Shown: positions 54,601 to 64,000, numbered from the stretch's first letter. The stretch: 64,000 bases of DNA from Escherichia coli (GCF_016903815.1 NZ_CP069974.1); one strand, 5' to 3'. Notes: generated from the letters alone by a model not told the origin. A program made the numbers and translations.

Positions 54601-54652
54601 ATCCGGTTTAACCTTTTTTCGGATCTCCGATAAAAAAGAAAGAAATAGAGAT
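54601..54652 (+). repeat. hairpin-plus-polypurine junction repeat, copy 3
   Basis: ATCCG-N14-CGGAT (54601-54624) overlaps the palindrome TTTTTTCGGATCTCCGATAAAAAA, then the A/G-rich run AAAAAGAAAGAAATAGAG. Confidence 0.6.
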
Positions 54653-54796
54653 ATGCATAAACATATGCCTGGCATCTACATATGCTACCGCTATACATAT
54701 GCCACACATCTGCCTATACTAAACATATGCACACACCCGGTGCTTTGAATATTCCGGATATGTTTCACATATCCATATGCTCGGGAGAGAAAGAAC

Positions 54797-55027
54797 ATGA
54801 GAACCGTATCGATATTTAAAAATGGCAACAACCGCGCCATCCGTCTGCCTCGTGATCTGGATTTTGAGGGGGTGAGCGAGCTCGAGATCGTCCGGGAAGG
54901 GGACAGCATCATCCTGCGCCCCGTCCGGCCAACCTGGGGATCATTCCTAGAGTACGAAAAAGCCGATCCAGATTTTATGGCGGAGCGCGAGGATGTTGTC
55001 AGCGACGAAGGGCGATTTAACCTGTGA
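54797..55027 (+). CDS. vapB: VapB/VagC antitoxin (AbrB/SpoVT fold)
   Basis: 76 aa MRTVSIFKNGNNRAIRLPRDLDFEGVSELEIVREGDSIILRPV.... Confidence 0.9.
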   Translation: MRTVSIFKNGNNRAIRLPRDLDFEGVSELEIVREGDSIILRPVRPTWGSFLEYEKADPDFMAEREDVVSDEGRFNL

Positions 55028-55440
55028 ACAAGACTTATATGCTTGATACCTGTATCTGCTCGTTCATCATGCGTGAACAGCCAGAAGCCGTCCTGAAGCG
55101 TCTGGAGCAGGCGGTGCTACGCGGCCACCGTATAGTGGTCTCGGCCATCACCTACTCTGAAATGCGCTTCGGGGCTACCGGCCCAAAGGCCTCACCACGT
55201 CACGTCCAACTGGTCGATGAATTCTGCGCCCGCCTCGATGCCATCCTGCCCTGGGATCGCGCCGCAGTAGACGCCACCACGAAGATTAAAGTGGCACTGC
55301 GGCTGGCCGGGACGCCGATCGGCCCGAACGACACGGCGATTGCCGGGCACGCCATCGCCGCCGGGGCGATACTGGTAACGAATAATACAAGAGAATTTGA
55401 GCGAGTGCCTGACCTGGTGCTGGAAGACTGGGTGAAGTAA
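55024..55440 (+). CDS. vapC: VapC/VagD PIN-domain toxin
   Basis: 138 aa (GTG start overlapping the vapB stop) ...YMLDTCICSFIMRE...TNNTREFERVPDL with PIN acidic residues. Confidence 0.9.
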   Translation: MNKTYMLDTCICSFIMREQPEAVLKRLEQAVLRGHRIVVSAITYSEMRFGATGPKASPRHVQLVDEFCARLDAILPWDRAAVDATTKIKVALRLAGTPIGPNDTAIAGHAIAAGAILVTNNTREFERVPDLVLEDWVK

Positions 55441-55477
55441 GACACTCTTTTCAAAGTCAGGAGATAAGGGCACCAAG

Positions 55478-55502
55478 AAACAGCCCGTATACGGGCTGTT
55501 TT
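55478..55502. terminator. bidirectional intrinsic terminator
   Basis: AAACAGCCCGTATACGGGCTGTTTT lies between the convergent vapC and the ATPase gene. Confidence 0.8.
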
Positions 55503-55601
55503 AACAGATATCTACAGTAAGCGGTCCTAAACTGTAGGGTATCTTCGAAGATCAGACTATCAGGGAGCTAAAGCCTATCTTCCGGCGGCAAAAACAGTGG
55601 C

Positions 55602-57740
55602 TCAAGCGATACGGGCAACCGAGCTCTGGTTTGCTGCCGGTGGCAGGGCGATGAGCTTGTCACATTCCATAATCACGTACTCCGGGATGAGATCGAATCT
55701 GGACGGATCTAGTTGACAGATGAACTCATTTTCAATGTGGTACGTTTCGTTAACGAATTTTCGTATTACCGGATGGTCCTGATCCAGTTCCAGTAAACGG
55801 AATACCTGCAGTTTTTCATAGCCGTTACGACAGCGACGGTACAGGTTTTTTATTTCATCTGGGCTGCTGACGAGAGCCTGAAGTCGCGGGTAATCAAAAC
55901 TGTCCACATACTCCCGGATATCCCGCAAGGCCTGCTGAATTTTCTCAGGAGCCATTTTGGGATAGCCCGAGCCCGCAGCGGCAGGCTCGCGATAATCCAG
56001 CGGGGCGACGCGTCGATGGAATAGATTGGATAGAAGCTGATAAGCATCACCACGTTCGTCAACGATTTCAAAGTAGCGACGAAGATAGATGAGCTTAATG
56101 ATCTCCTCACAGTCTGCTGACGCGGTGATGGATTTGCAGATCTGCATGAATGTCATGATATCGCCGTCGTTAACAGGTAATTCTTCTATGACTCCAGCAG
56201 ACAGGCGCAGGCAGGAGGCGGTCACCTGATTACTGAACAACCTTCTGACTGACTTCAGCGTGTCAATCACAGGCTCCACGTCATGCGTCAGCATAAGTAC
56301 AGTCCGGTTCTTCAGGCATTCACCACTTGCACGTCTGAACAGCATTTCAAGAATGGCAAACTTCTTGTTTTTATCAAAAGAAGATATGGGATCATCAAGG
56401 ATAATCAGTCCCGGGTTTTTTGACAGGCATTCATACATGAATAACACAATCGCAAAGGCGTTCCGTTCTCCATAGCTGAGATGCTGGCTACCGCCGCTGA
56501 CGTACCCGTCAAAATCTATGTGTCGTAGCCTGAGTTTTCTCTGCTCTCCCTCGCCGGCTATATCCACCCTGTATTTATAGCCTGCATAAGTGAGGAAATT
56601 ATTGATGTTTGTTTTGTGCTGTGCGATCAGCCGGATCATGCTGTCCCGGTGCCGGTTAATTTTTCCCTGCAGCGGTCCGGCAAGGTTTATCAGGTCCATA
56701 AGGGCCGCGTTCAGTCTGTCGGTGATCCCCTGCATGAGTTCGGATTGCAGATCAGGGAAGAACTGCAGGTCAATCAACCTGGCAGTGAGCACCTCCCGAA
56801 CGTTCTGCTGTTCCTGCAGGCTGAAAACATTCAGGCCTCTCAGCGCAGTGAGTTTCTCTGTCAGCGTATCGGTCTGGCGTTTCAACGCCACTAGGTACTC
56901 GATATGTTCGGCTTCCGGACCGTTCTGAAGCATAGTAATGGCCAGAAGGCGTTCTCTGGCGCTCTCCGTCAGGTAATTACCGAGGTTTTCCACCAGTCTG
57001 ATGATAGCGGTCAGGTTTTTAATGGTGGATTTATCGTATTCCTCTCTGACTTGGCGAATTTGTGCTTCCTTTCCCGTGATATCACCGGTACAGAACGGAC
57101 AGCAGCCATCCGAAAGGGGCGAAAACTCGAGTCCCTTTGTCTGCCAGTCAATCCATTCCACGCGGCGTTCACTGCGGATGTAGGGTTGATAGTTCTCAAG
57201 ACCAGCCGGAATGTGGTGTATTTTATTTCCGCCTGACAGACCTCTCATGCCGGTTGAAGAACGTGAAATCCCGGAACTGGTTGATTTGAAAGCATTACTG
57301 AGTTCCTGTAGATGGTCTATCAGAGAGTTCAGCTCAGTGTGATCCGTGAAAACAGCCCGGATCTTTTGCGTCATTTCTTCTATTTCACGCTCTCTTTCCG
57401 CATGGGCTTGATTGCGGATAAGAATATTAAAGCTGTCACTGATGAGCTCGTCCGGTTGGAACGTAAACTGACTGACGTACTCCTCGTTGAAGCACATCAC
57501 GTCCCCAATCCCGTCAGCACCGATGACAATGGGCCCGGTGCTATCGGGGTTTTCTCCGCGCAGCCGGAAGGGCATCAGTGCCTGTAGTCCCTGAATGTCG
57601 TCCCGCGCCGCACAGCTTATGGCCCGTGACAGCGTACTTTTTCCAGTACCATTTGGCGCAAACTTAATGTTCAGTTTATCGGCAGTGAGGGTGATATGTG
57701 CTCGTACGATGTTATTGCAGTGGCGTATTTCAATGTCCAT
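55602..57740 (-). CDS. AAA_13/RloC-like ABC-type ATPase with coiled-coil zinc hook (712 aa)
   Basis: Walker A APNGTGKST, signature LSYGERNA, Walker B LIILDDP and H-loop LTHD are split by a long helical insert containing CCPFC. The approx. 170-aa C-terminal domain is of unknown function. Confidence 0.7.
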   Translation of the reverse strand: MDIEIRHCNNIVRAHITLTADKLNIKFAPNGTGKSTLSRAISCAARDDIQGLQALMPFRLRGENPDSTGPIVIGADGIGDVMCFNEEYVSQFTFQPDELISDSFNILIRNQAHAEREREIEEMTQKIRAVFTDHTELNSLIDHLQELSNAFKSTSSGISRSSTGMRGLSGGNKIHHIPAGLENYQPYIRSERRVEWIDWQTKGLEFSPLSDGCCPFCTGDITGKEAQIRQVREEYDKSTIKNLTAIIRLVENLGNYLTESARERLLAITMLQNGPEAEHIEYLVALKRQTDTLTEKLTALRGLNVFSLQEQQNVREVLTARLIDLQFFPDLQSELMQGITDRLNAALMDLINLAGPLQGKINRHRDSMIRLIAQHKTNINNFLTYAGYKYRVDIAGEGEQRKLRLRHIDFDGYVSGGSQHLSYGERNAFAIVLFMYECLSKNPGLIILDDPISSFDKNKKFAILEMLFRRASGECLKNRTVLMLTHDVEPVIDTLKSVRRLFSNQVTASCLRLSAGVIEELPVNDGDIMTFMQICKSITASADCEEIIKLIYLRRYFEIVDERGDAYQLLSNLFHRRVAPLDYREPAAAGSGYPKMAPEKIQQALRDIREYVDSFDYPRLQALVSSPDEIKNLYRRCRNGYEKLQVFRLLELDQDHPVIRKFVNETYHIENEFICQLDPSRFDLIPEYVIMECDKLIALPPAANQSSVARIA

Positions 57741-57888
57741 TTATCTGTCCTTTGCCAGTTATTCCGGGGGGATTCATATCCTGCCGCAAAATGTGCCCGC
57801 ATGCTGTGATGCAGATACATAATACATTTCGTTTATACCATTGCTTACACCTCTCCGAGATGTTCATATCAGAAACAAAGATTAGGTC

Positions 57889-57934
57889 GATCCGACTTTT
57901 ACTTTTTTCGGATCTCTGGAGAGGGGAAGAAGGA
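57889..57934 (+). repeat. hairpin-plus-polypurine junction repeat, copy 4
   Basis: GATCCGA-N12-TCGGATC (57889-57914), then GGAGAGGGGAAGAAGGA (57918-57934). Confidence 0.7.
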
Positions 57935-58204
57935 TTTGTGCTGATGATGCAATACTAATGATATATTTTGAACTTAATTGCATTATTGCTTATCTGGCAT
58001 TAATAACTGAAATACTTTGCATAATTATCAATGAAAGAACGAGGCTCATATTTCCCATGTAAATTATATGCCCTTGCAGAGAGCGAGACGGTAGTGAACT
58101 TGCGGCACTAATAATAAACTGTACCGACTCTTCCCGGGCACTGGAATGTTCAGATGTACGACAGAGCCCCGCGCCTTTTGCAATAAATAATTAAAGGACT
58201 GAAC

Positions 58205-59200
58205 ATGGCGACCACAGTAATAGCTGCCTTTAACGAATTTATGAAAGATACCGTGAATCTCAAAAAGGCAGATACCGATGACGCGCGTGCAAGTCGCGAC
58301 TGGCTTATCGGTAAGATGAATGATTTTGAGAAGGACGATAAATTTCCGGTGAGTTTTCCAGCGATCCATATTGCCTTTGGCTCCTTTGCCAGAAGAACCA
58401 AAATCCGTCCGCTTGATGATATCGATCTGATGTTTGGCTTAACCGGGCAAGGTGCCACCTATACCATCCTGAGTGACCGGATAACTGTAACCTCCTCCGG
58501 AGAGGGGTCACGTCTGCACAGTTACCGCCATTCCGGAGCTGACACCGTCTGCTCCGTCAGAATTCTGAATGCCTTTAAAAACCGCCTGCAGGACATTGCC
58601 CAGTACGCCCAGGCTGATATCAGGCGTAACCAGGAAGCTGTCACGCTGAAACTGGTCAGCAAGGACTGGAATTTTGACATCGTCCCCTGCTTTATTACCA
58701 GCGAAGATGCCTTTGGACGGACTTACTACCTGATCCCCGATGGCAACGGCCACTGGAAGTTTACCGACCCCCGTAAAGACAGGGACAGAGTCACTACTAT
58801 CAATGTGCAGAATAACGGCAATGTGCTCAATGTCATCAGAGCAGTCAAATACTGGCAGCGGCGACCGACGATGCCATCCATGAGTTCCTACCTGCTGGAA
58901 ACGCTGATTCTGGACTATTACGCTGGCAGGACATCCTGCTCATCGTTTGTTGACATGGAGCTGGAAGCGCTTTTCCGCCACCTTGGTCAATCCGTGCGGT
59001 ACTCTGTCAACGATCCCAAAGGCATACAGGGTGATATCAACTCACTTTCAGCCGAGGCACGTAAGGCGATATCGGACAGATGTTATCTCGATGCGCAAAA
59101 GGTATCGGAGGCGAGATGGTTTGAAAATAATAAAGAGTATGAAAAATCCATCAATAAATGGCGCGATGTGTTCGGGCCATTCTTTCCTGTTTACGGGTGA
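58205..59200 (+). CDS. SMODS/CD-NTase-like nucleotidyltransferase (CBASS cyclase)
   Basis: 331 aa with the pol-beta NTase signature FGSFARRTKIRPLDDIDLMF and third carboxylate NFDIVPCF. Confidence 0.75.
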   Translation: MATTVIAAFNEFMKDTVNLKKADTDDARASRDWLIGKMNDFEKDDKFPVSFPAIHIAFGSFARRTKIRPLDDIDLMFGLTGQGATYTILSDRITVTSSGEGSRLHSYRHSGADTVCSVRILNAFKNRLQDIAQYAQADIRRNQEAVTLKLVSKDWNFDIVPCFITSEDAFGRTYYLIPDGNGHWKFTDPRKDRDRVTTINVQNNGNVLNVIRAVKYWQRRPTMPSMSSYLLETLILDYYAGRTSCSSFVDMELEALFRHLGQSVRYSVNDPKGIQGDINSLSAEARKAISDRCYLDAQKVSEARWFENNKEYEKSINKWRDVFGPFFPVYG

Positions 59201-59203
59201 ATC

Positions 59204-60136
59204 ATGAATGCCATTTACACAAACCAGTCGACCAGAGAAAACATGGATTTACTGTATGCGCAGGCCCGTGTCTACGACAGGGTAAAAAACTGGAACAGAC
59301 TGAATTTTCTCTTCAGCATCATCGTACCGCTCCTGCTTTCTTTCGTTACCGTATACAACCGGAGCCGGGAATTTGTCGATTCAGAGTTGTTGTCTTCGCT
59401 GTTGGGGTTATATGGACTCCTGGTGCTTACCTTTAACATTGTTATCAGTGGACACATCTCGGCTCTGCGCAGGAAGGCAGCCTCAATCCAGGAAATGTAC
59501 GACTGCCGGGTACTTGGCATCCGGCGTAATGAACTGAAGGTGGAGGAGATCCCACGGGATGACATCATCCGGGAAGCTGCATATTTTAGAGACAGCCCGG
59601 AAAAAGCACGAAAGCGATTTGGCGAAGAGGGGTGGTACGTCAGTAAGGTGTATGACGCGCCGCAGGCCGTAATGGCGCTCCTTTGCCACGGAAAAAATCT
59701 CGGCTGGGACAAATCGCTCAGGGAGGTTCTGCACGTATTTTATCTTTCCGCTTTTATTGTCTCGCCTGTCGCGATGCTTGTTTACGGCATCGTCATGAAA
59801 TCCGGGCTGAATGAGATCCTCTTCTATGTGGTGTTCACACTGCCGGTCATCCGCTATTTCTTGCTTCAGTTTCTGGATAATCGCAGCAGTATGAAAAGAA
59901 GCGAGAAGCTGAAAAAGTACGTTGAGAAGGAATTATCCGGCATAAGGGTGTCCGGAAGGGCAGAAGAAGAGCAACTGGCTTATACGCTCCGGAATATCCA
60001 AGATGAGATGTTTACCTACCGGGCCTCATGTCCGCCCGTACCCAACGGTATTCAGCTGATAATGAAGCCCAAAAATGAACGAATTTATGTTGATTACTTT
60101 GAAACAAATCTGAAGGAGCTGCACCTTCAGAAGTAA
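59204..60136 (+). CDS. four-TM effector (S-4TM-like) of the CBASS operon
   Basis: 310 aa starting 4 nt after the cyclase stop. Two pairs of hydrophobic helices (about 33-51 and 62-85; 185-208 and 214-233) are separated by a soluble segment. Confidence 0.65.
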   Translation: MNAIYTNQSTRENMDLLYAQARVYDRVKNWNRLNFLFSIIVPLLLSFVTVYNRSREFVDSELLSSLLGLYGLLVLTFNIVISGHISALRRKAASIQEMYDCRVLGIRRNELKVEEIPRDDIIREAAYFRDSPEKARKRFGEEGWYVSKVYDAPQAVMALLCHGKNLGWDKSLREVLHVFYLSAFIVSPVAMLVYGIVMKSGLNEILFYVVFTLPVIRYFLLQFLDNRSSMKRSEKLKKYVEKELSGIRVSGRAEEEQLAYTLRNIQDEMFTYRASCPPVPNGIQLIMKPKNERIYVDYFETNLKELHLQK

Positions 60137-60272
60137 TCCCTCCTTAGCTCCGGTGTAGGATTTACGTATGCCGGAGCACATCCGATAAACAATTCTTGGT
60201 TGCCTGAGTGTCAGCGTAAACCCATAGTCACCTTCGCCTCAGACGGTTAGTAACACAGGTAATGACTCCAAC

Positions 60273-60776
60273 TTACTGATAGTGTTTTATGTTCAGATAA
60301 TGCCCGATGACTTTGTCATGCAGCTCCACCGATTTTGAGAACGACAGCGACTTCCGTCCCAGCCGTGCCAGGTGCTGCCTCAGATTCAGGTTATGCCGCT
60401 CAATTCGCTGAGTGTAACGCTTGCTGATTACGTGCAGCTTTCCTTTCAGGCGGGATTCATACAGCGGCCAGCCATCCGTCATCCATATCACCACGTCAAA
60501 GGGTGACAGCAGGCTCATAAGACGCCCCAGCGTCGCCATAGTGCGTTCACCGAATACGTGCGCAACAACCGTCTTCCGGAGCCTGTCATACGCGTAAAAC
60601 AGCCAGCGCTGGCGCGATTTAGCCCCGACGTATCCCCACTGTTCGTCCATTTCCGCGCAGACGATGACGTCACTGCCCGGCTGTATGCGCGAGGTTACCG
60701 ACTGCAGCCTGAGTTTTTTAAGTGACGTAAAATCGTGTTGAGGCCAACGCCCATAATGCGGGCTGTTGCCCGGCAT
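60273..60776 (-). CDS. insB: IS1 InsB
   Basis: 167 aa ...[58 protein letters not shown].... Confidence 0.92.
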   Translation of the reverse strand: MPGNSPHYGRWPQHDFTSLKKLRLQSVTSRIQPGSDVIVCAEMDEQWGYVGAKSRQRWLFYAYDRLRKTVVAHVFGERTMATLGRLMSLLSPFDVVIWMTDGWPLYESRLKGKLHVISKRYTQRIERHNLNLRQHLARLGRKSLSFSKSVELHDKVIGHYLNIKHYQ

Positions 60777-60970
60777 CCAACGCCATTCATGGCCATATCA
60801 ATGATTTTCTGGTGCGTACCGGGTTGAGAAGCGGTGTAAGTGAACTGCAGTTGCCATGTTTTACGGCAGTGAGAGCAGAGATAGCGCTGATGTCCGGCAG
60901 TGCTTTTGCCGTTACGCACCACCCCGTCAGTAGCTGAACAGGAGGGACAGCTGATAGAAACAGAAGCCAC
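60695..60970 (-). CDS. insA: IS1 InsA
   Basis: 91 aa [88 protein letters not shown]. Confidence 0.92.
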   Translation of the reverse strand: MASVSISCPSCSATDGVVRNGKSTAGHQRYLCSHCRKTWQLQFTYTASQPGTHQKIIDMAMNGVGCRATARIMGVGLNTILRHLKNSGCSR

Positions 60971-61183
60971 AGGAGCACCTCAAAAACACCATCATACACT
61001 AAATCAGTAAGTTGGCAGCATCACCGGCATTCAAAATCATTATGGCCGCGATCTATTTCTGGCTGTTCTCTATCACTTTTGGCGGCATCGTCGCTCATGG
61101 GTAAGGGGAGTATATTAGCCATTTGGAACCCCACGGTCTCTTGCGGGTTTAATTAAGAACCCGCAAGAAAAACACGAATTGGG

Positions 61184-64000
61184 CTATATTTTTCCGCCTA
61201 CGCCTTTAAACTTCTCAATAAACGAGACGATTTTCTGGAAAACTGCCTGTTTTTTCGTTTTATATTGCGGGTTTAACGGACTAAGTTTTGGTAATGTCTC
61301 GTTTAATTCTGTGCCATTTTCGGTGGCGTATTCGCGTTTTAAAGACGTGCGAATATAGCGTTTCGCCGCCTCTTCATTGAGATTTTCTTCTTTAATCAAC
61401 GCTTCTGCTTCACGTAGCTGTTCGTGTTGAGCAAAGGTAAAGAACGCGTCAATGATGCTGGCTTTGTCTGGTAAATCATCCAGGTTCGTTTGCTGAATAA
61501 AATCGACCACCAGGCCCTCTTTCGCCCGGTTCCCCAGGCTTGAACGAATTAAGCGTTTGACCTCTTCGATCATTTCGCCCTTGCCTTTATTTTGTCTGTT
61601 ATGTTCGAAAATCAGTCCAAGGATATAATCCAGGTTTATTTCCTGAGACTTCAGCAAATCGACCTCAAAAACCACGTCATCCCAGTCAGTGGTTGATTTC
61701 TCTTTTTTCTCAGCTTCTTTCTCACGGCGCTGCCAGTCGCGAATATCGTTATAGGCAGAACGATAATCCTGAATCTTGCGATCAGCAGGGAGACGAATTG
61801 TTTGCAATTCAGCGAGCTTTTCATCATCCACATAATGTTCTGCTTTGAATTTTTCTACTGCAACAGGATCGCTAAGATCGATTTGTTGCAGGGCTTTCAG
61901 CGTGGCAAATTCATCATAGTTTTGCAGGATGTTCTCGGTACGCAGGTATTCACCAAACAGTTTTACGAAGTCTTTCTTCTCTTTTTCACTTTCAATACTG
62001 GCAGGGTCAGGGAACCGTTGTTCCAGTTCTGCAACTACTGCCATAAAGCCGCGCTTAGCTTCACCAGTAGCAGCATCAGTAAAGCCTTCCATATACTCTG
62101 CATAACTCTTTTCTAACACTACATTTTTGGTGTTTTTGTCACCAAACAGCGTTATGGCATCAATAGTTGAGCGTTCCAGATCCCGGAAAGTGACGATATT
62201 ACCGAAGGTTTTAGTGGCGTCATAAATGCGGTTGGTGCGGGAAAATGCCTGCATCAGGCCGTGAAAACGTAAGTTTTTATCGACGAATAGCGTGTTCAAT
62301 GTTGGAGCATCGAAGCCGGTTAAGAACATCCCCACGACAATTAGCAGATCGATATCCTGATTTTTAACCCGCTGGGCTAAATCACGATAGTAGTTCTGAA
62401 AACCGTTACTGTCGGTGCTAAAGTTAGTTTTAAAATGGCTGTTATATTCACGAATTGCAGCGTCCAGAAACTCTTTAGCACTGCTGTCCATTGCGCTGGT
62501 ATCAAAAGTTTCATCGGAAATCTCACCAATGGCATTTTGTTCTTCATTGGCGGCAAAGGAGAAGATTGTCGCAATACGCAGCGGTTTATAGGTAGCCGAT
62601 TTATTAGCGGCTTCTTCTTGTAACCGTTTAAACGTCGCATAATAGGCTTTCGCGGCATCCACGCTGCTCACTGCCAACATAGCATTAAAACCTTTTGAGC
62701 CAGGGAAGGTACGGTGAGTTTTCTGGCGGAAATTATTCAGAATATATTGCGTAATTTCCTGTATACGCATGGGATGAAGAAACGCCTGCTGATTTTCAGC
62801 CGCACTCAGTTTTTTCTCGTCGGTTTCTGTCTCTAAAGACTTAAACTGTGGCCGCACATCGTTGTAGTCCACCTTGAATTTAAGCACTTTTTCATCTCGA
62901 ATCGCATCGGTAATAACATATGAATGCAATTCACGACCAAATACGCTGGCGGTTGTTTCTGAGCCTAAGGCGTTTTCCGGGAAAATAGGGGTACCGGTAA
63001 AACCAAACTGATAATAGCGTTTGAATTTCTTCTTCAGGTTTTTCTGTGCTTCTCCAAACTGGCTGCGGTGGCATTCATCAAATATAAACACCACTTGCTG
63101 ATTGTATACAGGCAGGTCGCTTTCTGCTTTCATCAGGTTATTGAGTTTCTGAATAGTGGTGACGATAATTTTGTTATCATCCTTATCCAGATTTCGTTTA
63201 AGACCTGCGGTATTTTCCGATCCATTGACACTGTCTGGCGAAAAACGCTGATATTCCTTCATGGTCTGGTAATCGAGGTCTTTCCTGTCGACCACAAAGA
63301 AGACTTTATCAATAAAGTCCAGTTCTGTTGCCAGACGCGCGGCTTTAAAGCTGGTCAGGGTTTTACCAGAACCGGTAGTGTGCCAGATAAAGCCACCACT
63401 TTCGGGGGTAGACCAGTTTTTCGCTTTATAGGAGCTGTTGATTTTCCATAAGATACGCTCAGTGGCGGCAATCTGGTACGGTCGCATCACCAGTAGCGTC
63501 TGGCTACTGTCAAAAACGCTGTAGTTCACCAGAACATTCAGCAGAGTATGTTTCTGGAAAAAGGTAGCGGTAAAGTCTTTGAGGTCTTTAATCAGCGTGT
63601 TGTCTGATTTTGCCCAATTCATGGTGAAGTCAAAACTGTTTTTATCGCGCTTTGTCGTGTTGGCAAAATAATGGGTATCGGTGCCGTTAGAAATGACAAA
63701 CAGTTGCAGATACTTAAACAGGGAATTTTCGCTGTTAAAACTCTCTTTACTGTAACGATGTATCTGGTTGAAAGCCTCACGAATCGCCACCCCGCGTTTT
63801 TTTAGTTCGATTTGCACCAGCGGTAAACCATTAACCAGGATCGTGACGTCATAACGGTTAGCATGAGAACCCGTCTGTTCAAACTGCTGGATAATCTGCA
63901 CCTTATTGCGCATGAGATTCTTTTTATCTATCAAATAGATGTTCTCAAGACGCTCGTCATCAAAAATAAAGTCGCAAATATAGTCGATATGGATTTTACG
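61184..64000 (-). CDS. hsdR: type I restriction enzyme R subunit (type IC, EcoR124I-like), 5' end outside the window
   Basis: The reading frame is open to the window edge (…[34 protein letters not shown]…). Helicase motifs HTTGSGKT and [10 protein letters not shown]. Hairpin TCTTGCGGGTT-N-AACCCGCAAGA follows the stop. Confidence 0.9.
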   Translation of the reverse strand, partial: RKIHIDYICDFIFDDERLENIYLIDKKNLMRNKVQIIQQFEQTGSHANRYDVTILVNGLPLVQIELKKRGVAIREAFNQIHRYSKESFNSENSLFKYLQLFVISNGTDTHYFANTTKRDKNSFDFTMNWAKSDNTLIKDLKDFTATFFQKHTLLNVLVNYSVFDSSQTLLVMRPYQIAATERILWKINSSYKAKNWSTPESGGFIWHTTGSGKTLTSFKAARLATELDFIDKVFFVVDRKDLDYQTMKEYQRFSPDSVNGSENTAGLKRNLDKDDNKIIVTTIQKLNNLMKAESDLPVYNQQVVFIFDECHRSQFGEAQKNLKKKFKRYYQFGFTGTPIFPENALGSETTASVFGRELHSYVITDAIRDEKVLKFKVDYNDVRPQFKSLETETDEKKLSAAENQQAFLHPMRIQEITQYILNNFRQKTHRTFPGSKGFNAMLAVSSVDAAKAYYATFKRLQEEAANKSATYKPLRIATIFSFAANEEQNAIGEISDETFDTSAMDSSAKEFLDAAIREYNSHFKTNFSTDSNGFQNYYRDLAQRVKNQDIDLLIVVGMFLTGFDAPTLNTLFVDKNLRFHGLMQAFSRTNRIYDATKTFGNIVTFRDLERSTIDAITLFGDKNTKNVVLEKSYAEYMEGFTDAATGEAKRGFMAVVAELEQRFPDPASIESEKEKKDFVKLFGEYLRTENILQNYDEFATLKALQQIDLSDPVAVEKFKAEHYVDDEKLAELQTIRLPADRKIQDYRSAYNDIRDWQRREKEAEKKEKSTTDWDDVVFEVDLLKSQEINLDYILGLIFEHNRQNKGKGEMIEEVKRLIRSSLGNRAKEGLVVDFIQQTNLDDLPDKASIIDAFFTFAQHEQLREAEALIKEENLNEEAAKRYIRTSLKREYATENGTELNETLPKLSPLNPQYKTKKQAVFQKIVSFIEKFKGVGGKI

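Larger units (their letters stand above)
60258..61025 (-). mobile_element. IS1
   Basis: 768 bp with ends GGTAATGACTCCAACTTACTGAT (60258-) and ATCAGTAAGTTGGCAGCATCACC (-61025). Flanking 9 bp differ (AGTAACACA vs GGCATTCAA). Confidence 0.95.

Noticed and set aside
58064-58458. Two about 100-aa minus-strand ORFs overlapping the start of the CD-NTase gene
   Set aside because: They are antisense to or overlapping a well-supported gene and its AT-rich upstream region, and have no recognisable features.

Overview
Segment of an F-like (RepFIA) enterobacterial plasmid. All identifications come from reading the translations and motifs by eye; no searches were run, and comparisons to F, R100 and R1 are from memory.

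Layout, left to right:
1. A GC-richer DUF3883-type gene cut by IS26 (935-1754).
2. A decayed tra operon on the minus strand. Fragments of traI, traD, traU, traW and traC are joined by internal deletions. They are followed by intact-looking traR, traV, trbG-like, traP, traB, traK, traE, traL, traA, traY, traJ and traM.
3. oriT with an R100-type nic sequence (about 14659/14660, + strand).
4. The whole conjugative leading region (about 14.7-42.6 kb): orf169, yubP, yubO, hok/mok, psiA, psiB, a ParB-like gene, yubL, ssb, two orphan DNA methyltransferases, DUF3560, klcA, two DUF1380 genes, DUF1281 and several small unknown ORFs. Almost all lie on the minus strand, so they are templated by the transferred strand. 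GC-rich long-hairpin repeats that look like Frpo/ssi single-strand promoters punctuate the block.
5. sopC-sopB-sopA, incC-repE-ori2, resD and ccdBA.
6. An AT-richer accessory island (about 48.9-60.2 kb) holding an unknown three/four-gene cluster (1039-aa membrane protein, DUF3800 protein, XRE-type HTH, small membrane ORF), vapBC, an RloC/AAA_13-like zinc-hook ATPase and a minimal SMODS-plus-4TM CBASS operon.
7. IS1, then a 5'-partial type I hsdR at the window edge.

Most notable observations:
- The leading region carries four group II introns. One intron is present three times, at the same site of a repeated leading-region element and in the transferred-strand sense. A different intron splits ssb between codons 13 and 14 in the sense orientation.
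- Two hairpins with conserved TTGCAT-N15-TAAGAT/TAACGT hexamers and a mismatch bubble at the -10 sit 40-50 nt upstream of klcA and the DUF1281 gene.
- IS150 has destroyed hok/sok.
- Four copies of a hairpin-plus-polypurine repeat sit exactly at the boundaries between the modules of the accessory island.

No rRNA, tRNA or CRISPR array was seen.
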